DNA from: Alphaproteobacteria bacterium
GTDB lineage: Bacteria > Pseudomonadota > Alphaproteobacteria > GCA-2731375
Assembly (NCBI GenBank): GCA_965232515.1
Contig: CBDDPY010000002.1
Coordinates: 32,001 to 96,000 of the forward strand
Direction: 5' to 3'
Length of the DNA stretch: 64,000 nt
In this document: piece after piece, positions 10,264 through 19,165 of the stretch
Layout of the letters: the number at the start of each line of letters is the position of its first letter
Position numbering within the stretch: the first letter of the stretch is position 1
Notes under the pieces: model-generated
What the model was told of the DNA's origin: nothing
Seen by the model: the letters and a program-made list of their open reading frames with translations, nothing else
Database searches by the model: none
Position numbers and translations under genes: made by a program

Positions 10264-10533
10264 TAGCCCACATTTCTCATCGCCATCATGGTCTGCGCGG
10301 CGTCGTGCTGTCGACAGGGCAGGAGCGCTGCGCGGCGCGATGTGGGGCATCGGGCAAGCAGCGCGACGCCCCCTGTCGGCAGCACGGCGCCGCCCGAAGG
10401 GTCGCGCGCAGGCGCCCGCTCGCGGCGTCGCGGCCCTCAACCGTAGTCCCCGCTACGCTTTTCGACCCGCTCCTGGCGGATCGGGCGCCTGTGCGCGACG
10501 CAGACCGTGATGGGGGTGAGAAATGCGGGCTAG
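10264..10533. mobile_element. MITE-like non-autonomous element (267 bp plus duplicated TAG) in the 5' end of the VOC gene
   Basis: 34-bp imperfect terminal inverted repeats at 10264-10297 and 10499-10532 (30/34 match); TAG at both junctions; two internal hairpins; no transposase. Confidence 0.8.
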
Positions 10534-11410
10534 AGGCATCGATCACCTGGTTTTATGCGTGCACGACCTTGAAGAAGCACAGCAGGCCTATCGGTCCTTC
10601 GGCTTCACGACGACGCCGAAAGCCGTGCATCCCTTCGGCACTGCCAACTCGTTGATCCAGCTTCAGAACAACTTTCTGGAGCTGTTGATCGTCGACGATG
10701 CCGGCAAAGTCCCGCCGATGGCGCGGGGGAAATACAGCTTCGCGGCCGCCGCCCAGACGTATCTGACCGCGCGGCAGGGCATGTCGGCGTTGGTCTTCGA
10801 GAGCGGCGACGCCCGGGCCGACCATGACGAGTTCGTCGGCAAGGGACTGGAGACTTACGATCCGGTCGACTTCTCACGTTTGGCGACGCTGCCCAACGGC
10901 AGCGAGGTCGAGGTCTCGTTCTCGCTTGCCTTTCTGACCGAGCGGCAGATGCCGGGCACGACGTTCTTCGTCTGTCAGCAGCATGCGCCCGAGCACTTCT
11001 GGAAGCCGCAATACCAGCGCCACGACAACGGCGCCGTCGACGTGGTCGAGGTGGTGATGTTCGCGCCGAAACCGCATGCGCTCGCGGACTTCTTCGGAAA
11101 GCTGCATGGGACCGAAAACGTGGCCAAGGACGAGGGGCGTCTTACCGTCGATACCGGCCGCGGCGTCATCGCGGTGCTCGATCCGACTCTGTCGGCCGAA
11201 CGACTTGACGTGCCGGCCAGCTTCAACATCGTCGAGACGCCGCATTTCGCCGGCTACCGCATCGCCGTCGCCGATCTGGCCGCCGTCGAGGAGGGGCTGA
11301 CCAAGAACGGCGTGCCGTTCCGGCCGACCGGCGACATGCTGCAGATCGGTCCGGCCGACGCCCTCGGCGTGTTCATCGAGTTCACGCAAGCGGCGGCGCC
11401 GTCCGACTGA
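10523..11410 (+). CDS. VOC / glyoxalase-like family protein
   Basis: GIDHLVLCVHDL, GF...HPFGTANSLIQL..NFLEL and H.NGA motifs; the ATG lies inside the MITE end; ancestral start probably 10256. Confidence 0.88.
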   Translation: MRARGIDHLVLCVHDLEEAQQAYRSFGFTTTPKAVHPFGTANSLIQLQNNFLELLIVDDAGKVPPMARGKYSFAAAAQTYLTARQGMSALVFESGDARADHDEFVGKGLETYDPVDFSRLATLPNGSEVEVSFSLAFLTERQMPGTTFFVCQQHAPEHFWKPQYQRHDNGAVDVVEVVMFAPKPHALADFFGKLHGTENVAKDEGRLTVDTGRGVIAVLDPTLSAERLDVPASFNIVETPHFAGYRIAVADLAAVEEGLTKNGVPFRPTGDMLQIGPADALGVFIEFTQAAAPSD

Positions 11411-11473
11411 CACGGCGGAAGGCGATTTCGGCTAAGCTCGGTAGATCCGATTGGAAACCGAGGAGGCTTGACG

Positions 11474-11911
11474 ATGGCCGAAGCGGCCGTGAAGGCGACA
11501 CATCATCCGATGCAGGTGGTGCATATCGACGAGCGCGAATGGGAAACCATTCGCTGGCCGGGACAGATGGGCAAGATGCTGTTCCATCCCCGTCCGGATC
11601 GCCCAACCGAGCCGAACGCGGGTCTGGTCCGTTTCGACCCCGGCTCGCATCATCCGCTGCACAAGCACGACTTCGCGCAGGTCTGGTACGTGCTGGAGGG
11701 CGAGTTCGAGATCGGCGGCCAGACCTACGGTCCGGGCAGCATGATGTTCCATGCCGACCCGCATTTCGAGGACGAGCTCCGTACCGAGACCGGCGGCAAG
11801 ATGGTGTTCGTGCAGTATCCCGGTCCGTCGACCGGCGGCCGGCCGATCTATGACGGCCGGTTCAACATGACCGAGCGCAAGGCGGTCGCGGACGAACGCA
11901 CCGATATCTAG
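11474..11911 (+). CDS. Cupin domain protein
   Basis: PGSHHPLHKHDFAQVWYVLEGE cupin motif; AGGAGG at 11461. Confidence 0.85.
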   Translation: MAEAAVKATHHPMQVVHIDEREWETIRWPGQMGKMLFHPRPDRPTEPNAGLVRFDPGSHHPLHKHDFAQVWYVLEGEFEIGGQTYGPGSMMFHADPHFEDELRTETGGKMVFVQYPGPSTGGRPIYDGRFNMTERKAVADERTDI

Positions 11912-11914
11912 GGG

Positions 11915-12835
11915 TTAGTCGTCGATCCGGAATTTGTGGGCGGACTCGACGAAGGCGCGGCTGTTCTGCATGAACCGGCCGTGCTTCGTCGCAGCGATCA
12001 TCCGGTCGACGAAGTCGTAAGAGTAGCTGGCGGCGTACAACATCAAGGCCAGCGTCTTGAAGCTGAAGGCCTGGCCGAGCAGGACCGGCGCCGCGACGTA
12101 GACGTCGACCAGCGCGGCCGCGAGAAACACGATCACCGCCAGGTGAAAGTTGACCAGAATGGTGCGCAGGATGCCGATGGCGCTGCCGTGCCGCTGGATC
12201 GACTCTCGTCGGCTCGCCGGCTGTTCCGGCGTCTGCGGCCGGCCCGCCGTCTCGTTGGCCGCCGACGGGTCCGGCGCGAGATCGCGCAGGATCACCTCGC
12301 GTTCGCGCGGGAAGCGCATCAGCACCTGTTGCGCGGTCAGGAAGATCGGCGCCAGATCGAGGAACTTCTTGAACAGCATGGCGAGCGCCGGGACCACGCC
12401 CAGCAGTACGGCCCAGTTCTGGCCGCTGTGGATCATGGCGTGCAGGCCCAGGCTGACGAAGAAGGCGCTCTTTATGCAGACGTCGCAGAAGAAGTCGTAG
12501 AAGGTCCAGATATAGCGCTCGACGCCGTGGTAGCGCGCGACCTCGCCGTCGACGCAGTCGAAGATGTAGAACGCCATCATCAGCAGACACCCGGCGACCG
12601 CCCAGCCGCCGTCGTAAGGCATCAGCGCGAAGCCCAGAACGCCGCAGGCGATCATGCTCAACGAGGCGGCCGTCGGCCCGATGCCGAGCTTCAGAAACAG
12701 CCATGTCACATAGGTCGACAGCCAGTCGCCATACAGCAGTCCGCCGATATCGTTGAACCGCCGATAGGGGCCCTGGGTCTTTTCCCGCAGTGTGGAAATT
12801 TGCTCGACTGCGCGCATGGCGTGTTTATCGGACAA
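11915..12835 (-). CDS. CDP-alcohol phosphatidyltransferase family protein
   Basis: DCVDGEVAR...FYDFFCD signature; multiple TM segments; start uncertain. Confidence 0.85.
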   Translation of the reverse strand: MSDKHAMRAVEQISTLREKTQGPYRRFNDIGGLLYGDWLSTYVTWLFLKLGIGPTAASLSMIACGVLGFALMPYDGGWAVAGCLLMMAFYIFDCVDGEVARYHGVERYIWTFYDFFCDVCIKSAFFVSLGLHAMIHSGQNWAVLLGVVPALAMLFKKFLDLAPIFLTAQQVLMRFPREREVILRDLAPDPSAANETAGRPQTPEQPASRRESIQRHGSAIGILRTILVNFHLAVIVFLAAALVDVYVAAPVLLGQAFSFKTLALMLYAASYSYDFVDRMIAATKHGRFMQNSRAFVESAHKFRIDD

Positions 12836-13012
12836 GCGACATCAACCGTTTAGCTGGCTTGGATCTGCAATGGGGGCCCGTCGGCAGTTTTCGCAGGCAG
12901 ACCTGAATTGACAGTGACCCGGATCACGTCAACGCCACCAAAATATCATTTATGGCGATTCGGTGACAAGCGGTGGCCGCGCGGCGACACCGGTCGTGGC
13001 GCTGACGGCGGT

Positions 13013-14743
13013 CTAAAGCTTCAGGACGGTGCGCTTGCCGTCGATGAACTCCATCCGGTCGGAGAAGCTCAAGGTGTGACAGCCTTCGAGGCCCGGTCGC
13101 CAGCTCGGCTCCAGCCGCTCGACGATACGCTCGCGATAGTCGGTCTCGGACAGCACCTCGACCTCGCACAGATTGATGGCCGAGCCATAGCTGGTCGAGC
13201 AGTCCTGCGCCGGCCGGATCAGCTTGCCGTCGCGCCGGAACAGCCGGCCGGCGGGCCGGGCCGAGCGGACATCCGACTTGACCGGGTTCAGCGGATGCGG
13301 CTGCCAAGGCCCAAGCGGCGTCTCTGCGAAGAACAGGAACAGCTCGTCGTCCAGCGAGCCGCCGCGCTCGCTGACATTCACGAACATGTACCAGCGGCCG
13401 TCCTGTTCGTGCAGCGTCGCGTCGACCATGGGATAGCCGCGCATCGGTTCGCAGTGCAGCTCCCACTCGTAGGGGAAGCGGGTTGCCCGGAACAGTTGCA
13501 GCGACCGTGTGGCGGCCGTTTCGGGCAACATATAGACGTCGCCCTGCCATTCGAACAGGAACGGGTAGGACAGATGGTAGTCCCGTTCCAGCACGGTCTC
13601 GGGCGCGGTCGGCTTGCCGTCGTCGCCGATCGTCATCACGGCGATGCGGCCGCGGCCGGTGACCTCGTCCAGATCTTCGATGAAAACATAGTCGCGGCCG
13701 TCATGGCTGAAAACGAACGGATCGGCGAACGACCGCTTCTTCGGCGGAATGATCGGCGTAAAGCCGTTGAGGTCGGCCTTTGTGCTGTTGGCGAGGAACT
13801 TGGACCTTTCGGTCCGATAGCCGATAAGCCATTGATTGAAACCCGACAGGTTGCGCCACTTGCCGCGCAGCACGCGGCCGGCGGCGCGCACCAGAAAGGA
13901 CGACATCTCCCGGTTGATGGGTTGACGGTATATTTTGCCTGTGTAGTCCGGCGATTTGGGTTCGTAGGACAGCGCGTCGCCGTCGCGATGCAGGCGCCGC
14001 AGGCAGCGGATGACGAACGCCGTGGTTTTCCAGTAGGTCTCCTCGCGATTGTTGCTCAACCAGATGGAATCGATCGTGGCCGCGAAGGACCGGTAGATCA
14101 CCCTGCCGCCGTCCAGCTCATCGGTCAGAACCTGCAGAATGGTGCCGGACAGCGGGTTGCCTTCGTAGATCTCCCAGAACAGGGCCGGCCCGCCGCGGTA
14201 TTCGTTGTTGTCGCCGTGGTGGTAAGACCAGACGCCGTGCCGGGCGGTATCCAGGATATCGCCGCGGATAATGTTGAAGCCGAAGCGGATCATGACGTCG
14301 AGATCGTAGGACCGGATCCGAGCGATGTCGGCCTCGGTGAATCGGTGCACGAACTTACGGCTGATCGGCCGAACCGGCAGGATGTCGGCGTCGCCCAGCA
14401 CGGGGCGCAGGTCGACGACCCGAAAAGCGTCGTGCCGCTTGTTGTTCACCCGCGCGTCCAGCAGGCTGTAGCGCCAGTAGAGTTCCTTGCCCAGGTTCAT
14501 CTCGCCGCTCAGGAACCGCAAGAAACGGCTCTTCCTCGGCGGTTTGTCGGCATCGTTCACGATCGCCAGCACGACCGACGCAATCCCGGAATCTAGGATG
14601 TCGGTCAACACTCGCTGGATCCATGCGAAATCGTCCAGCTGGTTCAGCATCACGCCCACGCGCAATGGTCGTGTCTGGCCGGCGGGAACCGGGGCATAGA
14701 GCTGCAAAGCGCTGGCGCCGCAATTCATCGTGTTATCAGACAT
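13013..14743 (-). CDS. Formyltransferase-like domain fused to a GH43/GINT1-like beta-propeller (glucosamine inositolphosphorylceramide transferase-like family)
   Basis: N-part HHGD..EYRGGP..FWE...LDGG; C-part FADPFVF, YHLSYPF and ARPAG. Confidence 0.75.
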   Translation of the reverse strand: MSDNTMNCGASALQLYAPVPAGQTRPLRVGVMLNQLDDFAWIQRVLTDILDSGIASVVLAIVNDADKPPRKSRFLRFLSGEMNLGKELYWRYSLLDARVNNKRHDAFRVVDLRPVLGDADILPVRPISRKFVHRFTEADIARIRSYDLDVMIRFGFNIIRGDILDTARHGVWSYHHGDNNEYRGGPALFWEIYEGNPLSGTILQVLTDELDGGRVIYRSFAATIDSIWLSNNREETYWKTTAFVIRCLRRLHRDGDALSYEPKSPDYTGKIYRQPINREMSSFLVRAAGRVLRGKWRNLSGFNQWLIGYRTERSKFLANSTKADLNGFTPIIPPKKRSFADPFVFSHDGRDYVFIEDLDEVTGRGRIAVMTIGDDGKPTAPETVLERDYHLSYPFLFEWQGDVYMLPETAATRSLQLFRATRFPYEWELHCEPMRGYPMVDATLHEQDGRWYMFVNVSERGGSLDDELFLFFAETPLGPWQPHPLNPVKSDVRSARPAGRLFRRDGKLIRPAQDCSTSYGSAINLCEVEVLSETDYRERIVERLEPSWRPGLEGCHTLSFSDRMEFIDGKRTVLKL

Positions 14744-15017
14744 GGATCACAAGCGGGGTCGAGTCCTCATACTGTAACACTCAAGGACCGTCCAGGCGTC
14801 TATTGAACGTGCCTATACAGGCTGAAAATCGTAAACTCGCGCAATGGTTTATCCGGCCGTCTTCGTTATCTAGTTTCGTGCCGAGATGCAATTACTTCGT
14901 TTGAATTCTAAGGGATTATCGGCGGCGCAACCTGTGATCTAATTAACCTTCAGCCGTTGAGCCAAGCTTTCATCCGGGCCGGGAATCGGTCCGTCAACAT
15001 CTTATCATCGACGCCTA

Positions 15018-16118
15018 TTGGGAGAGATCGTCTTGCAAATCGGAATTGTGCCGCTTCGCCGTCTCGTCTCGGCCATTTTTGCCGCCGCTGGCTGCGACGC
15101 GGCCGAGAGTGATCGGATCGCGCTTTATCTCAGCAATGCCAATCTGGCCGGTCATGACAGCCATGGCGTGATCCGGGTGCCGCGCTATGTCGAATATCTG
15201 CGCGCCGGTAAGGTTAAGGCCGGCCAGGAACTGACGGTCCTGACCGAGAACGATGTCCTGGCCGTGCTGGACGGCAATTTCGGATTCGGTCAGACCGTCG
15301 GGCCGCTGGCCGTGCGGCATGGGATCGACAAGGCGGCGACGAACGGCGTGGCGCTCATCGCGCTGCGCAATGCCGGCCATCTCGGCCGCATCGGCGAATG
15401 GGCGGAAATGGCCGTCGCCGAGGGCTTGGTGTCGGTGCATTTCGTCAACGTCGCGGGCAGTCTGCTGGTCGCGCCATTCGGCGGCGTCAGCCGCCGCATG
15501 TCGACGGCGCCGTTCGCCGCCGGCGTGCCGATCGCCGGCCGCCCGCCGATGATCCTCGACTTCGCCACCTCGGTCGTCGCCGAGGGCAAGGCGCTCGTCG
15601 CCATGAACGGCGGCAAGCCGCTGCCGGACGGCAGCCTGATCGGCGCCGACGGCAAACCGACGACCGATCCCGTGGCGCTCTACGGCGAGGTCGAGCCCGG
15701 TACCTCGCCGAACCCCCGCAACGGTCCCGGCGCGATCCGCGCCATGGGCGAGCACAAGGGCTCCGGCCTGGCGCTGCTGTGCGAGCTGCTAGCCGGCGCG
15801 CTGACGGGTTCGGGCTGCGCCGGGCCGGCCGAGCGGTCGGTCGCCAACGGCATGCTGTCGCTCTACATGTCGCCCGAGTTCTTCGCTTCGGGCAACGACT
15901 TCGCGGGCGAAGTCGCCACCTACATCGAGTTTTTCAAGAGCGCCCAGCCGGCCGATCCCGACGGCGAGGTGCTGATTCCCGGCGAACCCGAACGGCAGCG
16001 GCGCGAGGTGAGGGAGCGCGACGGCGTGCCGCTGACCGACGATGCCTGGCAGGCGATCCTCGGCGCCGCGCGCGGTGCCGGCCTTACCGAGGCTGATACG
16101 GACGCGCTTCTGGCCTGA
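15018..16118 (+). CDS. Malate/lactate/ureidoglycolate dehydrogenase (Ldh_2 family)
   Basis: GHDSHG, GHLGRIG, LDFATS and HKGSGL motifs; TTG start uncertain. Confidence 0.92.
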   Translation: MGEIVLQIGIVPLRRLVSAIFAAAGCDAAESDRIALYLSNANLAGHDSHGVIRVPRYVEYLRAGKVKAGQELTVLTENDVLAVLDGNFGFGQTVGPLAVRHGIDKAATNGVALIALRNAGHLGRIGEWAEMAVAEGLVSVHFVNVAGSLLVAPFGGVSRRMSTAPFAAGVPIAGRPPMILDFATSVVAEGKALVAMNGGKPLPDGSLIGADGKPTTDPVALYGEVEPGTSPNPRNGPGAIRAMGEHKGSGLALLCELLAGALTGSGCAGPAERSVANGMLSLYMSPEFFASGNDFAGEVATYIEFFKSAQPADPDGEVLIPGEPERQRREVRERDGVPLTDDAWQAILGAARGAGLTEADTDALLA

Positions 16119-17016
16119 CGGTCGCCGCCCGGGCCCGTGCCTCGCGGCGGGCGATATAGGTTGCGCTGCCGACGATGACGGCGCCGCCGATCCAGACCCA
16201 GATGTCGGGCGTCTCGCCGAAGACGTAGAAGCCGAGCAGCGTCGCCCAGACCAGTTGTACGAACTCCACTGGCTGGGTCACGGTCAGGTCGGCCGCGCGG
16301 AACGCCTGCACCATGGCAAGATGCCCGAGCGTCGCCAGCACCGCGGTCAGCAGCAGCCAGCCGTATTCCGCCAAGGTCGGCGGCTGCCAGACGGCCATGG
16401 CCGGCGGCAGCAGCACGACGGTCACCACCACGGCCAGCGAAGCGACGATCGTCGGCGTCGTATCGCGCCGCGTCAGCACCTTGCCGATAACGCGCGAGAC
16501 GGCGAACAGCGGCGCCGCCACCAGCATGGCGATGGCGCCCACGTCGATCACTTCGAAGCCCGGCCGCAGGATGATCAGCGCGCCGGCAAAACCGAAGCAA
16601 ACCGCACCGATCCGGCGCAGACGAACCCGTTCGCCCAACAGCAAGACCGCGCCGACGGTCGCGAACACGGGCACGGTGAAGGCCAGCGCCGTGACCTCGG
16701 CGACCGGCAGCCGGCTCATGGCGATAAACCAGCACAATACGGCCAGGCCGTGCACCAGCCCGCGCAGGCCGTGCAGGGCCAGATGTCCCGGCGCGCGGCT
16801 ACCGAGGCGCATCCGCGTCAGAAATGGCGCGAAAAACACCAGGCCGAACAAATAGCGCAGAAAGGCCGCCTGCATGGGGTCCAGCCCGATGGAGACATGC
16901 CGGATGATGCCGGTAATCGCCACCACGCTCAGCCCGGCCAGCATCATCCACAGCATGCCACGCAGGCTTGCCGAAGCGCCGTTGGCCGCGACGCGCAGGA
17001 GGGTGACCGGAGACAT
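16084..17016 (-). CDS. DMT/EamA family transporter (paralog 1)
   Basis: LGERV, ILRPG and 10-TM pattern; the ATG aligns with the start of the neighbouring paralog. Confidence 0.9.
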   Translation of the reverse strand: MSPVTLLRVAANGASASLRGMLWMMLAGLSVVAITGIIRHVSIGLDPMQAAFLRYLFGLVFFAPFLTRMRLGSRAPGHLALHGLRGLVHGLAVLCWFIAMSRLPVAEVTALAFTVPVFATVGAVLLLGERVRLRRIGAVCFGFAGALIILRPGFEVIDVGAIAMLVAAPLFAVSRVIGKVLTRRDTTPTIVASLAVVVTVVLLPPAMAVWQPPTLAEYGWLLLTAVLATLGHLAMVQAFRAADLTVTQPVEFVQLVWATLLGFYVFGETPDIWVWIGGAVIVGSATYIARREARARAATVRPEARPYQPR

Positions 17017-17142
17017 GTTCGAGTCCGCGATACTGGGACCGCGCTGAGGCGCGGGCAAGTATGCCAACACTATAGCGCCGAGCCTTAACAATTTGGTTGT
17101 GCTGTTCGGCGGACGTTTCTCGCCGATCTACGTGTGCCTCGG

Positions 17143-18075
17143 CTAGTGCGGACCGGACGGCGGCTCCTCCGGCCCGACCGCGTTCCGGCGCGTCAGCGCT
17201 TCGCGGTGGGCGATATAGGTGGCGCTGCCGATGATCACGGCGCCGCCGATCCAGACCCAGATGTCGGGCGTCTCGCTGAAGGCGTAGAAACCCAGCAGCG
17301 TGGCCCAGACGAGTTGCAGGAACTCGACCGGCTGGGTCACCGTCAGGTCGGCCGAGCGGAATGCCTGGACCATGGCGAGGTGGCCGAGCGTCGCCAGCGC
17401 CGCCGTCAGCAGCATCCAGCCGTATTCCTCCCAGGTCGGCGGCCGCCAGACGGCGATGGCCGGCGGCAGCAGCACGATGGTCACGATCACGGACAGGGAG
17501 GCGACGATGGTCGGCGTCGATTCCCGGTGCGTCAGGACCTTGGCGACAATCTTCGATACCGCGAACAGGGGCGCGGCGATCAGCATGGCGATGGCGCCGA
17601 CATCGATCACCTCGAGGCCGGGTCGGAGGATGATCAAGGCGCCGGCAAAGCCCATGCAGACCGCGCCAATGCGGCGCAGCCGAACGCGCTCGCCCAGAAA
17701 CAGGACAGCGCCGACCGTGGCGAAAACCGGCGAGGTGAATCCCAACGCCGTGACCTCGGCCAGTGGAATACGGCTCATGGCGATGAACCAGAGCAGCACG
17801 CCGATGCCGTGCACCAGGCCGCGCAGGCCGTGCAGGGCCAGGTATCCGGGCCGCAGGCTGCCCAGGCGCATGCGCATGACGAACGGCGCGATGAAGATCA
17901 GGCCGAATGCGTAGCGCAGGAAGGCCGCCTGCATCGGGTCCATCTCGGTCGAGACGTGCCGGACGATGCCGGTGAACGAGGCAAAGATCAGCCCGGCCAG
18001 CACCATCCAGAGCATGCCCTGCAGGTTGGCGGAAGCGCCGTTGACGGCGGCGCGCAGGTAAGTGACGGGGGACAT
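17143..18075 (-). CDS. DMT/EamA family transporter (paralog 2)
   Basis: Same motifs; colinear with the 16084-17016 protein. Confidence 0.92.
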   Translation of the reverse strand: MSPVTYLRAAVNGASANLQGMLWMVLAGLIFASFTGIVRHVSTEMDPMQAAFLRYAFGLIFIAPFVMRMRLGSLRPGYLALHGLRGLVHGIGVLLWFIAMSRIPLAEVTALGFTSPVFATVGAVLFLGERVRLRRIGAVCMGFAGALIILRPGLEVIDVGAIAMLIAAPLFAVSKIVAKVLTHRESTPTIVASLSVIVTIVLLPPAIAVWRPPTWEEYGWMLLTAALATLGHLAMVQAFRSADLTVTQPVEFLQLVWATLLGFYAFSETPDIWVWIGGAVIIGSATYIAHREALTRRNAVGPEEPPSGPH

Positions 18076-18277
18076 CGCCGTACTCGCGGGACTGGGAGCC
18101 AGGGACCGGTGCCGACAGCCGGCACAGAGCGCATTGTATCATGCCAGCCTGCCCTGCGGTTGCAGACCAGCCATGCAATTACCTATTGCGTAGGCGCGCC
18201 GAATGCAGGACAAACGTGGCAACGGCGCGATCACAAGCGCCGCGTTTTTTGCGACAGGGATGGAACGCGCCTGGGGT

Positions 18278-19159
18278 ATGGCGGACGGTTTTCAGGTCAT
18301 ACAGCTTCTGATTAATGGGGCGGCGCTCGGCTGCATCTACGGGCTGATCGCGCTCGGATTCGTCTTGATCTACAAGGCGACCGAGATGATCAATTTCGCG
18401 CAAGGCGACCTGCTGATGCTGGGCGCCTTCGTCGCCTTCACGCTTATTGCCGATTTCGGCCTGTCCTACTGGCTGGGTCTGCTGCTGGCGATTCTGGTCA
18501 TGGCCGTCTTTGGCTATATCCTGGATGCGTTGATCCTGCGGCCGATCATCGGTCAACCGGCCTTCGCCGTGGTCATGCTGACCATCGGTCTCGGTTTTAT
18601 CTTCCGGGCCGCGGCGGGCGTCATCTGGGGTCACGATCCGCAGTCCTTCGAGACGCCGTTCACCAACAAGGTGGCGACCTTCGGGCCGCTGATCATCGCC
18701 CAGCAGAATCTGGCGATCATCGTCGGCACGGTTTTGCTCTGCGGGCTGCTCTACCTGTTCTTCCGTTACACCCGGCTCGGCATCGCCATGCAGGCGGCCT
18801 CGCAGAACCAGCTCGCCGCCTACTACATGGGCATCCCGGTGCGCATGGTCTTCTCCATGGTCTGGGCCATCAGCGCCGGCGTCGCCGCTTTTGCCGGCGT
18901 GCTGCTGTCGCCGTTGACGCTGATCGATCCGAACATGGGCTTTATCGGCATCAAGGCGTTTGCCGCCGCCGTGCTCGGCGGTTTCGGCAGCATACCGGGC
19001 GCGCTGATCGGCGGCATCATTATCGGCCTCGTCGAGCAGATGGCCGGCCTCTGGCTGCCGGCCGGCTTCATGGATATCAGCGCCTATCTGGTCCTGCTGA
19101 TCGCGCTGGTGCTGCGGCCCGAGGGCATCTTCGCCCAGATGGCGCGCAAGAAGGTCTGA
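18278..19159 (+). CDS. livH: Branched-chain amino acid-type ABC permease (LivH family)
   Basis: YGLIALGF..IY, INFAQG and VLGGFGSIPGA motifs. Confidence 0.9.
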   Translation: MADGFQVIQLLINGAALGCIYGLIALGFVLIYKATEMINFAQGDLLMLGAFVAFTLIADFGLSYWLGLLLAILVMAVFGYILDALILRPIIGQPAFAVVMLTIGLGFIFRAAAGVIWGHDPQSFETPFTNKVATFGPLIIAQQNLAIIVGTVLLCGLLYLFFRYTRLGIAMQAASQNQLAAYYMGIPVRMVFSMVWAISAGVAAFAGVLLSPLTLIDPNMGFIGIKAFAAAVLGGFGSIPGALIGGIIIGLVEQMAGLWLPAGFMDISAYLVLLIALVLRPEGIFAQMARKKV

Positions 19160-19165
19160 GCGGCC

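Noticed and set aside
10256-10510. 84-aa ORF as an independent protein gene
   Set aside because: It is the old VOC start reading into the MITE and has low complexity. It is kept only as a possible regulatory upstream ORF.
16084-18075. Assembly duplication or DGR template/variable repeat pair
   Set aside because: The copies differ at many synonymous and non-synonymous sites of all base types, and no reverse transcriptase is present.
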